Assembly (NCBI RefSeq): GCF_001194135.2
Contig: NC_068981.1
Location: 152,535,398 to 152,599,397, forward strand
Direction: 5' to 3'
DNA: 64,000 nt
Source: Octopus bimaculoides
Taxonomy: Eukaryota
Of the stretch, positions 1 to 11,100 are shown piece by piece. Numbering within the stretch: position 1 is the first letter of the stretch; each line of letters opens with the position of its first letter. Made by a program: the position numbers and the translations under genes. The notes beneath the pieces are model-generated. The model did not search any database. It saw nothing but the letters and a program-made list of their open reading frames with translations, and was not told where the DNA came from.

Positions 1-1096
1 TATATATATATAATTTATATATATATATATATAATTTATATATATATATATAATTTATATATATATATATATATGGGAGAATATACAAAAAATAACAACA
101 GACGAGGACAGGTGGTGTAAATAACAAAAGTATATATTAGTATGACGTATGTATGTATATATATATATTCATATATAAAACATATATATATACATATGTA
201 TTTGCATTTATCTTTACACACACACGTGTGTGAGAGTGGTGGGTGTCTGTCTGTGGTCACAGCAAGCTGGTGCACTTTTGATCATTTATATATATATATA
301 TGCATATATGTGGGGGGGGGGTGATGAAAGATATTCCAGCTGTGATCACATTGTCCTTTGTTCAAGCATGGAGCATGATGAACCTAGGAATACATTATCT
401 AATGGTACAAACATGGCTGTCTGGCAAAGAAGTTCACTTCCCAATCACATAATTTTGGGTTCAGTCCTACTGCGCAACACACTGGGTGGGCATTTCTGCC
501 ATAGCCCTGGGACAACCAAAGCCTTGCAGTGGATTTGGTAGTTGGAAATTGAAATAAGACCATCTCATAAATATCATCATCATCATCATCAGAAGCAGCA
601 GCATCGTTTTAATATACTGTTATGTTTTCAGGAGCTTTAATCTCTTGTTGCCAATAATGTTGACAATTTGGAGTGTGCACAAGGGTGAAGAATAGTATTA
701 TCCAATAAATATTTGGATATGGTTATCTAGAATAAGGTTTTGCCGAATCAATATGTTCACACAGAATGCAGAACATGCTTCATACTATGTCAAATGTAGA
801 TACAATATCAAACTAACACAGTAATCCAAATAAAAACAATCAACACTGTCAACTGCCAACAGTTCACACAGTTTCTTGATTTTATTGAAATGTGTCAGTC
901 CACTTTTGGTCATTTGGGGGTGGTCAGGATCCTTCCACAACATATCCACTTTTCCATGCTTGCATGGATCAGATGGAATTTGTTGAATCATTTTTTTCTA
1001 TAGCTAGGTGCTCCTCCTCTCACCAACTCTCACCTGTTTAAAAACAAAGTAAAATTTTTCTATGGTCAATCATCTTTTCAAGGGGACACATACGCG

Positions 1097-1134
<38 letters not shown>

Positions 1135-1319
1135 TGGCCCAGGGCTATAATAGAAGACACTTGCTCACTCACAAGGTTTCACTTAACATAGGCCTTTAGT
1201 AGAAGGCACCTGTCCAAGATATCATGCAGTGAGACTGGAATCAAAACCATGTGGTTGGGAACCAAACTTCTTTACCACACAGCCATATATATATAGTTGC
1301 TATAATATTTACACAAAAG

Positions 1320-1550
1320 GCAGCAAGATGGCTGAATTGTTAGCACGCTGGGTGAAATGCTTAGTGGTATTTCGTCTACCATTACATTCCGAGTTCAAAT
1401 TCTGCGGAGGTCTACTTTGCCTTTCATCCTTTCGGAGTTGATTAAATAAGTACCAGTTATGCACTGGGGTCGATGTAATCGATTTAATCCCTTTGTCTGT
1501 CCTTGTTTGTCCCCTCTATGTTTAGACTCCTGTGGGCAATAAAGAAATAA
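1320..1550 (+). mobile_element. tRNA-derived SINE, family B (further copies ~11390-11590 -, 13900-14060 +, 17905-18050 -, 22640-22830 -, 25720-25890 -, 26470-26600 -, 27010-27130 -)
   Basis: Dispersed repeat with A/B-box-like head (tggctgaattgttag; gagttcaaattc) and body gcctttcatcctttcgg...aagtaccagtt...ctggggtcgat. Resembles published Octopus SINEs; family name not verified. Confidence 0.75.
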
Positions 1551-1568
1551 ATACAGTTCTATAATTAA

Positions 1569-1800
1569 GAGATGAGAAATTATGTACATTATTTACATTT
1601 GACGGATATTTGTCCTCATCTTGTTTGTTGTTTTCACAATGTTTCGGCTGATATACCCTCCAGCCTTCATCAGGTGTCTTGGGGAAATTTTGAACTTGGG
1701 TTCTCATTCCTTAGGTATTTTTTGATCATTCAGGTCACTGCCTGGAATCGAACTTGGAATCTTGGGGTTAGTAGCCTATGCTCTTAACCACTACGCCATT
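1569..1800 (-). mobile_element. tRNA-headed SINE-like element with a 3' hammerhead-ribozyme motif (copy 1)
   Basis: A-box TGGCGTAGTGG (1797-1787), B-box GTTCGATTCC (1753-1744), then GACAC-CTGATGA-A-GGCTG-N10-CAGCC-GAAAC (1678-1641). Confidence 0.75.
1633..1678 (-). ncRNA. Minimal type I hammerhead ribozyme-like motif (degenerate)
   Basis: Core CUGAUGA...GAAAC intact with a 5-bp stem II. Cleavage triplet reads AUU (G16.2->A). Stem I pairs 3 bp. Confidence 0.55.
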
Positions 1801-1803
1801 TGA

Positions 1804-1849
1804 CCATGGGCTACTAACCCCAAGATTCCAAGTCTGATACCAGGCAATG

Positions 1850-1886
<37 letters not shown>

Positions 1887-2041
1887 TAACAATAATAATA
1901 ATAACATCGAAAAATACCTTAGGAATAAGAACCCAGGTTCGGAATTTCCCCAAGACACCTGATGGAGGCTGGAGGGTATATCAGCTGAAACGTGTTAACA
2001 ACAAACAAGATGAGGACAAATATCCGTCAAATGTAAATAAT
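1804..2041 (+). mobile_element. Same SINE-like element, 5'-truncated inverted copy 2 with internal (AAT)n
   Basis: Reverse complement of copy 1 over both head and tail. (AAT)n at ~1848-1903. Confidence 0.75.
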
Positions 2042-2475
2042 GGAAATAAAGAAATAAATATTTACACTAATTATCAAGATGGTCATACATGATTAATAAA
2101 TGAAATACTATCATCTTCATTCTCTTAGGTACAAGTGTGTGTGCATGTGTGCGTGTGTGCATGCATGTTGTTTTTTTATTTGTGTGAATTTTTGTGACTG
2201 CCCAACATAATAGAATTAGTAGTCAAATTTATCTCAAATCATATATAATAAATTATGAAAGGACACATTAAACATTGCAATCATAAAAAAAAATAGTAAC
2301 ACCAGAAATATCCCATCTGGAACATTTTTTGGTCAGGGAAGAATTTAAAATCACCATTTAAAACACATATATAATGTGAAATTCACTTTTGTTTTATTTT
2401 ACGGAAATATTGTATATTGTAAAATGTCAAAATAACTTTCTGTACTTTTATGATTTTGTCACTGACACTATTCCA

Positions 2476-2600
2476 CATACATACATACATACACGCAAAT
2501 ACACACACACATACACACATACATGCATACATACATATATACATACATGCATACATACATACATGCATGCATACGTACGTACGTACATACATACATACAT
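2476..2600. repeat. (CATA)n/(CA)n compound microsatellite
   Basis: Directly visible. Source of several spurious ORFs. Confidence 0.95.
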
Positions 2601-3176
2601 GATGATGGCTGCCCCCTCGTTATCGAGTATGGCCATTGCACGAAGCTTAACATGTTGTTATCGTGCAGTGCCTGTGCAAGAAGATTTTTTTTTGAAGTGA
2701 GGAAAGGCTGTGCACTGAGTCAATCCCACTCACTAAGCAACAGTAGCCATAACCCGAAAAGAAGGTTTTATGTCGGAGTTATCCCAGTTGCCTGTCACAT
2801 GGTCGGGCCACAAGCAACTAAACTGGCAATTCTGCCGAGCCTGCCTGATTAAGAGAGCAGCTTTTGTTTTGCATCCTACAGAATGAAAAACAAAACTTAT
2901 CAAAGGGCAGATGAACTCAGTAGAGTCTACAGCCATTGAATGGCTGAGGGTGAGAGACCCCCACCAAGCTCTCATTTAGATATCTCTCAAGGTGAAGGAA
3001 ATTCCGAAATAGCATCTGCCTCATTGCAAAGCCAGAGACCTAGGTCTTGCTTGTTTCTGGACTACTTAGCTTTAAATTACAATATGGGTTTTGCTAACAG
3101 CCATTGTCTTTAACAGCTAGGATAAGATGTGTAAGCAATGGTCATATTTGTCTATGAGTTGACAGCTGCCATGCAT

Positions 3177-3290
3177 TTGTGTGTGTGTGTGTGTGTGTGT
3201 GTGGGCATGTGTGTGTGTGTGTGGGCATGTGTGTGTGTGTGTTGTGTGTGTGTGTGTGTGCGTGTGTGTAAGTGTGTGTGTGTAAGTGTG
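3177..3290. repeat. (GT)n microsatellite adjoining an N gap
   Basis: Directly visible. Confidence 0.95.
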
Positions 3291-3318
3291 AAGGGATGAT
3301 GAGCTGGCTGGCCTATAT

Positions 3319-4260
3319 NNNNNNNNNNNNNNNNNNNNNNNNNNNNNNNNNNNNNNNNNNNNNNNNNNNNNNNNNNNNNNNNNNNNNNNNNNNNNNNNNN
3401 NNNNNNNNNNNNNNNNNNNNNNNNNNNNNNNNNNNNNNNNNNNNNNNNNNNNNNNNNNNNNNNNNNNNNNNNNNNNNNNNNNNNNNNNNNNNNNNNNNNN
3501 NNNNNNNNNNNNNNNNNNNNNNNNNNNNNNNNNNNNNNNNNNNNNNNNNNNNNNNNNNNNNNNNNNNNNNNNNNNNNNNNNNNNNNNNNNNNNNNNNNNN
3601 NNNNNNNNNNNNNNNNNNNNNNNNNNNNNNNNNNNNNNNNNNNNNNNNNNNNNNNNNNNNNNNNNNNNNNNNNNNNNNNNNNNNNNNNNNNNNNNNNNNN
3701 NNNNNNNNNNNNNNNNNNNNNNNNNNNNNNNNNNNNNNNNNNNNNNNNNNNNNNNNNNNNNNNNNNNNNNNNNNNNNNNNNNNNNNNNNNNNNNNNNNNN
3801 NNNNNNNNNNNNNNNNNNNNNNNNNNNNNNNNNNNNNNNNNNNNNNNNNNNNNNNNNNNNNNNNNNNNNNNNNNNNNNNNNNNNNNNNNNNNNNNNNNNN
3901 NNNNNNNNNNNNNNNNNNNNNNNNNNNNNNNNNNNNNNNNNNNNNNNNNNNNNNNNNNNNNNNNNNNNNNNNNNNNNNNNNNNNNNNNNNNNNNNNNNNN
4001 NNNNNNNNNNNNNNNNNNNNNNNNNNNNNNNNNNNNNNNNNNNNNNNNNNNNNNNNNNNNNNNNNNNNNNNNNNNNNNNNNNNNNNNNNNNNNNNNNNNN
4101 NNNNNNNNNNNNNNNNNNNNNNNNNNNNNNNNNNNNNNNNNNNNNNNNNNNNNNNNNNNNNNNNNNNNNNNNNNNNNNNNNNNNNNNNNNNNNNNNNNNN
4201 NNNNNNNNNNNNNNNNNNNNNNNNNNNNNNNNNNNNNNNNNNNNNNNNNNNNNNNNNNNN
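3319..4260. other. Assembly gap (other gaps: 6714-7456, 14573-14585, 16756-16854, 43196-43268, 51296-51305)
   Basis: Runs of N. Confidence 1.
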
Positions 4261-4753
4261 TACCACCTAATGCAACAATCAATGCTCAAGTCTACTGTCA
4301 GCAATTAGAGTGTTTGAACCAAGCTTTAAAGAAAAAAAGACCTGCTTTAGTGAATCGAAAAGGAGTGATGTTTCATCAGGACAATGTGCGACCCCACACT
4401 GCAATGATCACATCACAGAAGATCGAAGAGCTTGGCTGAGAAAAAATTCCTCATCCACCTTATTCTCCCAACCTTGCTCCTTCAGACTACCATTTGTTTC
4501 GTAGTTTACAGAATCATTTGAGGGACGTAACTTTCACAAGCCAGGAGGAGGTTGAAAATGACATTTCAGAGTTCTTAGCTTTGAAACCAAAAGAGTTTTA
4601 CATTGATGGGATTAAAAAGCTTCTAAATAGATGGAAGGAAATCATAGATAATCAGGGAAAGTACATTGATGATTAAATTTCAATTAAATATAACATTTGA
4701 TCACTTGTTTTCTTTATTCAAAATTCGAACAGAACTTATGGGATGTCCTGATA
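4261..4753 (+). mobile_element. Mariner transposon 3' remnant
   Basis: Translates FHQDNVRPH...PHPPYSPNLAPSDYHLFRSLQNHL...GIKKLLNRWKEIIDNQGKYIDD* with one in-frame stop. TIR-like end acttatgggatgtcctgata-TA. Confidence 0.9.
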
Positions 4754-4759
4754 TATATA

Positions 4760-5530
4760 GTCAACAAATGTGATCCAGAGATTCTCTGATGATGGAGGCT
4801 CATCTTATCCAATGTTGATAAGCTTTGGACTAGGTCTGATACCCCAGATAATTTCGACATAGCTATGGGCTTGAGTGATTCGTTTGAAATCCCTAATCTA
4901 GTTGGTGCATATCTTTTAAGGTGCCTAATATAGAAATCCCTGAATTACAGGGAGGTCTATATAGAGATGATGCTCTATTTATCACCCCTAGCAACAACAA
5001 ATCAGTCACAGAAAGAATGAGAAAAAGAATTAGAAAATTCTTAAAAGTTTCAAATTAGGTATTACATATGAATATAGCACAAAGGTAGCAAATTTTTTAG
5101 ATACTACTTTAGACATTAGCTCAGGATTATACCACCACTATAGGAAAGCAGGTGAAGTTACGGGATACATGAGAAAATTATCAAATCACCCTCGCTAACA
5201 TGTTAAAATCAGTAGTTAAAAGTGTTTCTAGGAGAATTACAAAATTATCAGCAAATAAGGATATTCTTAATACCCATTCCCATCACTACAACTTTGCTTT
5301 GTCTAAGGCAGGATATGACCAGGAAATTACTTTTCTTAGTCCTGAAAGTTTAGCACCTGTTAATTGTGGAAATAATGAGATTTTGATTGATAGAGCGACT
5401 ACTAACTTACTTAGTTGTGAAAAAATACCAAATGGAAAAGCATCCTATAAACCCAACAACTTAAATAATAATAAAATAAGCAACAACAGGAAACTAGATG
5501 CTAAAACTGGTAAGAAGCTCATATAAATTA
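4760..5530 (+). mobile_element. Penelope-like retroelement RT remnant
   Basis: FDIAMGLSDSFEIPNLVGAYLL, GGLYRDDALFI (RT YxDD motif), KVANFLDTTLD...HYRK...KLSNHP...KSVSRRITKLSAN. Frameshifted. Confidence 0.8.
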
Positions 5531-8500
5531 ATAAGCTTATATAAATTAATTTATATTAATTAATTTTTTGTTAGTTTATATTAAAATTAAAATTATTTAT
5601 TTTACGTTTATAATTTTAGTTTAACCTAAAACTTCGTTTAAATTGTATTTTAAACGAAAGATTCGTTATGATAAGATTTGCATTTAATATCTCTGTTAGT
5701 TTATATTATAATAAACGTAAAGTTAATTATGTCATGTTTATAATTTTTGATATGACTAGTATTTAATTTCTTTTTAATAATATTGTTTAACATTTTTCTA
5801 TCTTAATATAAGTATTTTTATATACATTCATTTGTTATTTATTGTTGGTTGATATATACATTCTTTTTATTATTATTATTATTATTATTGTATCTTGACC
5901 TGAAGATTAGCTATGTTTTTGAATAGAATTGAATAGAAAGAGAAAGAGAGAGGCAACTCTTTACATTGAGCAGCAGTCAGGTAATGAGGTATCCACAGAT
6001 CAAGTTAAGACACATTTCCTTGTTCATGAAGGTGTTCTATGATAAAAGTGTGACTTGAATTAAGCTGTTTCACTAATTCTCATGCAGTGGGCTTTGAATC
6101 TTCTTCAACTATGGTTTTCAAAATCTTCATATTCACAGAACTTGATCATCAGATTGAGGACAAAATTTCTCAGTGAAGCTGATTAAACCATTGTTGGCAT
6201 GTCTGGTCACTTAGAGTTTCATTTCCATACATTGATCAAATATTTCTTACTGCTTCCATTATAGAAGAGCTTCTTGTGATAGGGGCCTGATCTAAAATCA
6301 TTTTTAAAAGGGTTATGAATTTAACCACTATGATATTAAATAGTTTATAAAGAAAGAAAAAAAAGCATTAGAATAGAAAAATTAATACTTAGAATAGAAA
6401 AATTAATACATAGGCGCATGAGTGGCTGTGTGGTAAGTAGCTTGCTCACCGACAGTTGTGGGCGAGGAGGAGGACCTTCTGGCTAAGGCGGAAGTATGCC
6501 CTACTCCAGTGGTCCCAAAGAAAAAGAAAAAAAAGAACGAGGCACGGCCGGTGCTAGATAGTGCACCGCCGGCATGTTCTGACATTCCGTTGGTGGGAAT
6601 TGTGCCACCAACGGAGGAAAGCAGGTCGGCGGGAGTTGTGCCGCCGACAGTAGAAGCTGTGGGCTCACTCTGTGAGGAAAAGGATCGGCTAATCCTATTC
6701 CGAAAGGGAGGGGNNNNNNNNNNNNNNNNNNNNNNNNNNNNNNNNNNNNNNNNNNNNNNNNNNNNNNNNNNNNNNNNNNNNNNNNNNNNNNNNNNNNNNN
6801 NNNNNNNNNNNNNNNNNNNNNNNNNNNNNNNNNNNNNNNNNNNNNNNNNNNNNNNNNNNNNNNNNNNNNNNNNNNNNNNNNNNNNNNNNNNNNNNNNNNN
6901 NNNNNNNNNNNNNNNNNNNNNNNNNNNNNNNNNNNNNNNNNNNNNNNNNNNNNNNNNNNNNNNNNNNNNNNNNNNNNNNNNNNNNNNNNNNNNNNNNNNN
7001 NNNNNNNNNNNNNNNNNNNNNNNNNNNNNNNNNNNNNNNNNNNNNNNNNNNNNNNNNNNNNNNNNNNNNNNNNNNNNNNNNNNNNNNNNNNNNNNNNNNN
7101 NNNNNNNNNNNNNNNNNNNNNNNNNNNNNNNNNNNNNNNNNNNNNNNNNNNNNNNNNNNNNNNNNNNNNNNNNNNNNNNNNNNNNNNNNNNNNNNNNNNN
7201 NNNNNNNNNNNNNNNNNNNNNNNNNNNNNNNNNNNNNNNNNNNNNNNNNNNNNNNNNNNNNNNNNNNNNNNNNNNNNNNNNNNNNNNNNNNNNNNNNNNN
7301 NNNNNNNNNNNNNNNNNNNNNNNNNNNNNNNNNNNNNNNNNNNNNNNNNNNNNNNNNNNNNNNNNNNNNNNNNNNNNNNNNNNNNNNNNNNNNNNNNNNN
7401 NNNNNNNNNNNNNNNNNNNNNNNNNNNNNNNNNNNNNNNNNNNNNNNNNNNNNNNNTGTGTGTGTGTGTGTGTGTGTGTGTGTCTGTTTGTCCCCCAACA
7501 TCGCTTGACAACTGATGCTGGTGTGTTTGCGTTCCCGTAACTTAACAGTTCGGCAAAAGAGACCGATAGAATAAGTACTAGGCTTACAAAGAATAAGTCC
7601 TGGGGTCGGTTTGCTCGATTAAAGGTGGTGCTCCAGCATGACCACAGTTGGATGACTGAAACAAGTAAAAGAGTAAACGACTTATTTTACCATAATTATT
7701 AAAAAAAGTATCCTCAAAAAGATCAGGTCAGAAATGCAACTTTTTTTCCAATCTAATATTTTTTACTCATGTTTGGCGATATATTGAGTACTTCACTGTA
7801 AATTATGGTTATTACATTTTTTTTATTAACAGGAACAAGCATGCAAAAATGCACATACATTTATTTTTAATGAGCAGAAGAAGGGCAATCCTCTTAGATT
7901 GGTAAAATAGCTGTACAGTAATTGATAGTTACTTGGAACATCTGAAATTTGACATCATCATCATTTTAATGTCCGTGTTCCATGCTAGCATGGGTGGGAC
8001 AGTACAACAAGAACTGGCCAGATTGAAGCTGGCACCGGACTTCTGTGACTGTTTTGACAGGGTTTTTACAGCTGGATGCCCTTCCTAACACCAACCACTC
8101 TGCAGAGCGGACTAAGTGCTTTTTATGTAACACAAGCACAGGCGAAGTGAGTAGTGCTTTTTATGTGGCATAAGCACAGGTGAGGTCAGTTTTGGCAAGG
8201 TTTTTACAGCTGGTTGCCCTCCCAAACACCAACCACTTTACAGTGTGGACTGGGTGCTTTAAGTGACATCTGCACTCACCTTGCGAGACAAAAACTTTTA
8301 AGAGGTGGGGGAGGCATTGGAGCAGGTGATGATGGAAAGGTTATAGCGAGACAGATATAGGTGTCTTGCTGAAGAAGAAGCACAAGGTTACCTGGCCAGA
8401 GAGAGAAAGATCAGGAATGAAGACAGAAACAGGTGTGCTACCGCACAGAAAATACACCGTTGTCCAGCCTGAAGGAAGAGTGGAAATTTCTGAGTTGAAG

Positions 8501-9331
8501 TTTCTGATAGTAAAGAGTAGGCAAATTGTCTAACTTGGAATTTGGAGGTGAGGGCAAGAAACAACAAATATGAACTACTAAGAAGCGTTGGCTGTGATCG
8601 GCATGGTTTGCTGGTGTTAGTATGCAGCTAATTTAAAGTAGTGGTAGATCTAGCATAGCACAGGGAAAAAAAAGAGTGTTTCTGTAATATTTGGTTAGTA
8701 ATTCTTTGCTAATCAGCTAAATGGCCTTCTTTTGGATATGATCAGATCAGAGTGCATTTTTCTGAAACAGCAGCATATATCTGAGCAATAATCCATTGCA
8801 AGTCAAGTTTATTTTGTACATAAACATTCATATAGATCCATGCAAATCCATATTTTGCAAGTTAAATATATCTAAGCTAAAATGTATGCATTGGCATACG
8901 ATGGGCAGTCAAAGACATGTAGTTAAGAAGTCTTCTTTTGATCCCACAATGCAGCACCTTGACTAATTTTTTTTTTACCTTAATCTTGGCTCTAAATCCT
9001 TGGAAGCAATATTTGGTCAACAGCTGATCCAACAGGCTTCCATACAGTTCCTTTTCTTGGGTGGTAGATTTTATCCTAACCACCTGGCTCTTGAATGGCT
9101 TTAGAATACTCTGTTGCAACCATTTGGCCTAAGTCTCCAGATTGAGGACAACTTCCTATCAACTGCATTACTTTTCAAGGCTGTGGAAGGATTCGTGGAC
9201 CCTGCCTTTCATCTTCTGACTAAATGATGTGAAAAACTAACAAAAAGGCAAAACAAAACAAGCTTGCACACGTTCACAAACACACAGCTGCATATGCAAA
9301 AGCAGAGAGGAAAGTAAAGATTTTTTTCACT

Positions 9332-9526
9332 AAATGCAATGTTAATACCTGTTCGAATACGCTAAAAACACGTTCGGACTTGTAAATAAACCATTCACTG
9401 TGTTTTGTAATTACACCATAATGTCTACAGCGAGAAATTTTCTCCATGACAAAACACGGTGAATGGCTTGTTTACAAGTCTGAATGTGCTTTTAGCATGT
9501 TTGAACTGATATTAACATTGCATTTT
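9332..9526. repeat. ~195-bp imperfect palindrome (MITE-like hairpin)
   Basis: ~77-bp arms aaatgcaatgttaatacctgttcgaatacgctaaaaacacgttcggacttgtaaa... and their reverse complement, ~40-nt loop. Confidence 0.8.
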
Positions 9527-10099
9527 TACCCATCACTGTTGAGCATACCTACCCCATAATTTATTACTATAACATAAAATGCAACTTTTTTTTATTTAAA
9601 TAATAGGTTTCTTGTTTAAAAGTTGTACAAGAGCCACTTTATAAATAGCATTTATAAAAGAGATAGATAAAAACAACTCAAAGTATTTAAGAAATCTGGG
9701 TTTATTAACAGTACATTCTTGTATTTTTATTATAGGCGTGGTTTTAAATATAAATAGTCAGCAGCTATAACTTTTCCTAAGTTTTACATGTTGTTTATAA
9801 GTACGAAGAAACGCATTTAGTCCTTTTTTTTTTTCAAGGGATATCTTGAACATAATTATCTAATGTGTGCCCTTCTCTTTTCAAAAGACAGCTGCATGTA
9901 TGAGTGTTCAACTGCTGTTTCTAGCAGAGAAGTGACCACATAGAGGTTTCCTCATTGACTCGCGGTTTATTGGTTAAATGTAAGAGTAATAACCAATAAA
10001 AAGTCACTTACACATATAAGGTTTTGACATGTTATACATCTATTTTTCTTTAGTTTGATATTATCGATATTGAAAGGAATTTTGTTTCAACTATCGCAT

Positions 10100-11100
10100 A
10101 ATTTGTAGCTGAATAAAGCACGACAATCGAGCTAAATTCATAGCCAAGCAGCTATCATCCACTTACCTTTCTAGGCGTTTCATTTCACAACTGTCATATA
10201 AACAAACTATATATTTACATAATAAATTACTCAGAGGTACTTTCACAGTTTAGAGACAACCGGTAACACTTATACACAAACTAGCGTGGACATTACTTAC
10301 GTTTCAAATAACGATACGAAAATTGTAACTCATTCAAAAGAATTTTTTTTTAAATTGACAATTTTTATTTTAAAAAAAGAACGCTACTTCAACAAAATGT
10401 GAAAAAGTAAGTTGCTTATTGTTCTGAGATAATTTGTTTTGAAATTACTTTTTTCTTTCTAATAATTATGTGTATGATGTTAATTTTCTTTTTTGCATGA
10501 CCTTATACACACCTCATAATGGCCCTTCTATTTTAAAAAATCCTTATAATTTTATGTCGTCAATTCTAATTCCATTTGCATCTCGAATTATGATTTTACA
10601 TATATATATATATTGTCAAACTTAAGGGTGCGCCTTCAGTTCGCTTTCACTTCGAAAACCCCAGTTGCGATGTCTCTGTAGTCGTATTCCAGTGTAGTTC
10701 ACTGATCTTTTAATTGCATAGTGTTTAGTTGCCAGGTTATAGAGTGTTCTGTTGCGGGGAGTTGTGTGTTGTTAGGAACGCTATTGAGCTTATGATTAAA
10801 GTATGAACTTTTTTTTTTCCTTCTTTTACTTTAATATTTATTGTGCCTTTTTAACACACTGCTTATCATAGGCGAAACGGGTACAGCGCCCTTAGGGTCT
10901 ATGGGCTGTGAGGATTAATTACGGAGTGAACGAATTGCCATGTTTGATAAAATTAAAATGGGTTTTCAACTTTTTATACTTATCCAACGCCTAGCGAAGA
11001 AGGAAAAATATTCGAATGCAAACTATTTTGCTTTTTCGTTAAAAAGAGTGGGTGGATTGGCAAAAAATTTCGTTTTTCTCTTTTTGGCGGAGGTGATTTG
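10100..11100. promoter_or_regulatory. CpG-enriched region, candidate bidirectional promoter
   Basis: Visibly more CG dinucleotides than the flanks without recognisable repeats. Outward-facing donors: minus GAAAG|gtaagt (10167) and GAAAC|gtaagt (10301), plus AAA|gtatga (10800). Confidence 0.45.

Noticed and set aside
785-991. 68-aa minus ORF (…GKVDMLWKDPDHPQ…)
   Set aside because: No recognisable motif or splice context, and the length is expected by chance.
1730-1800. Possible genuine tRNA gene
   Set aside because: A/B boxes are present but the acceptor stem does not pair and the head is attached to a repeat body in all three copies. It is a SINE head.
36-2852. Y/I/H/T/C/V-rich ORFs here and at 16206-17060, 47510-47749 and 50885-51248
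   Set aside because: Translations of (TA)n, (CA)n, (CATA)n and (AAT)n microsatellites.
5895-5945. CTGAAGA as a fourth hammerhead
   Set aside because: No convincing stem II or GAAAC follows. Only mentioned as possible decayed PLE tail.
3117-7540. Long ORFs of 268-395 aa in the track
   Set aside because: They consist almost entirely of X from N gaps plus microsatellite.
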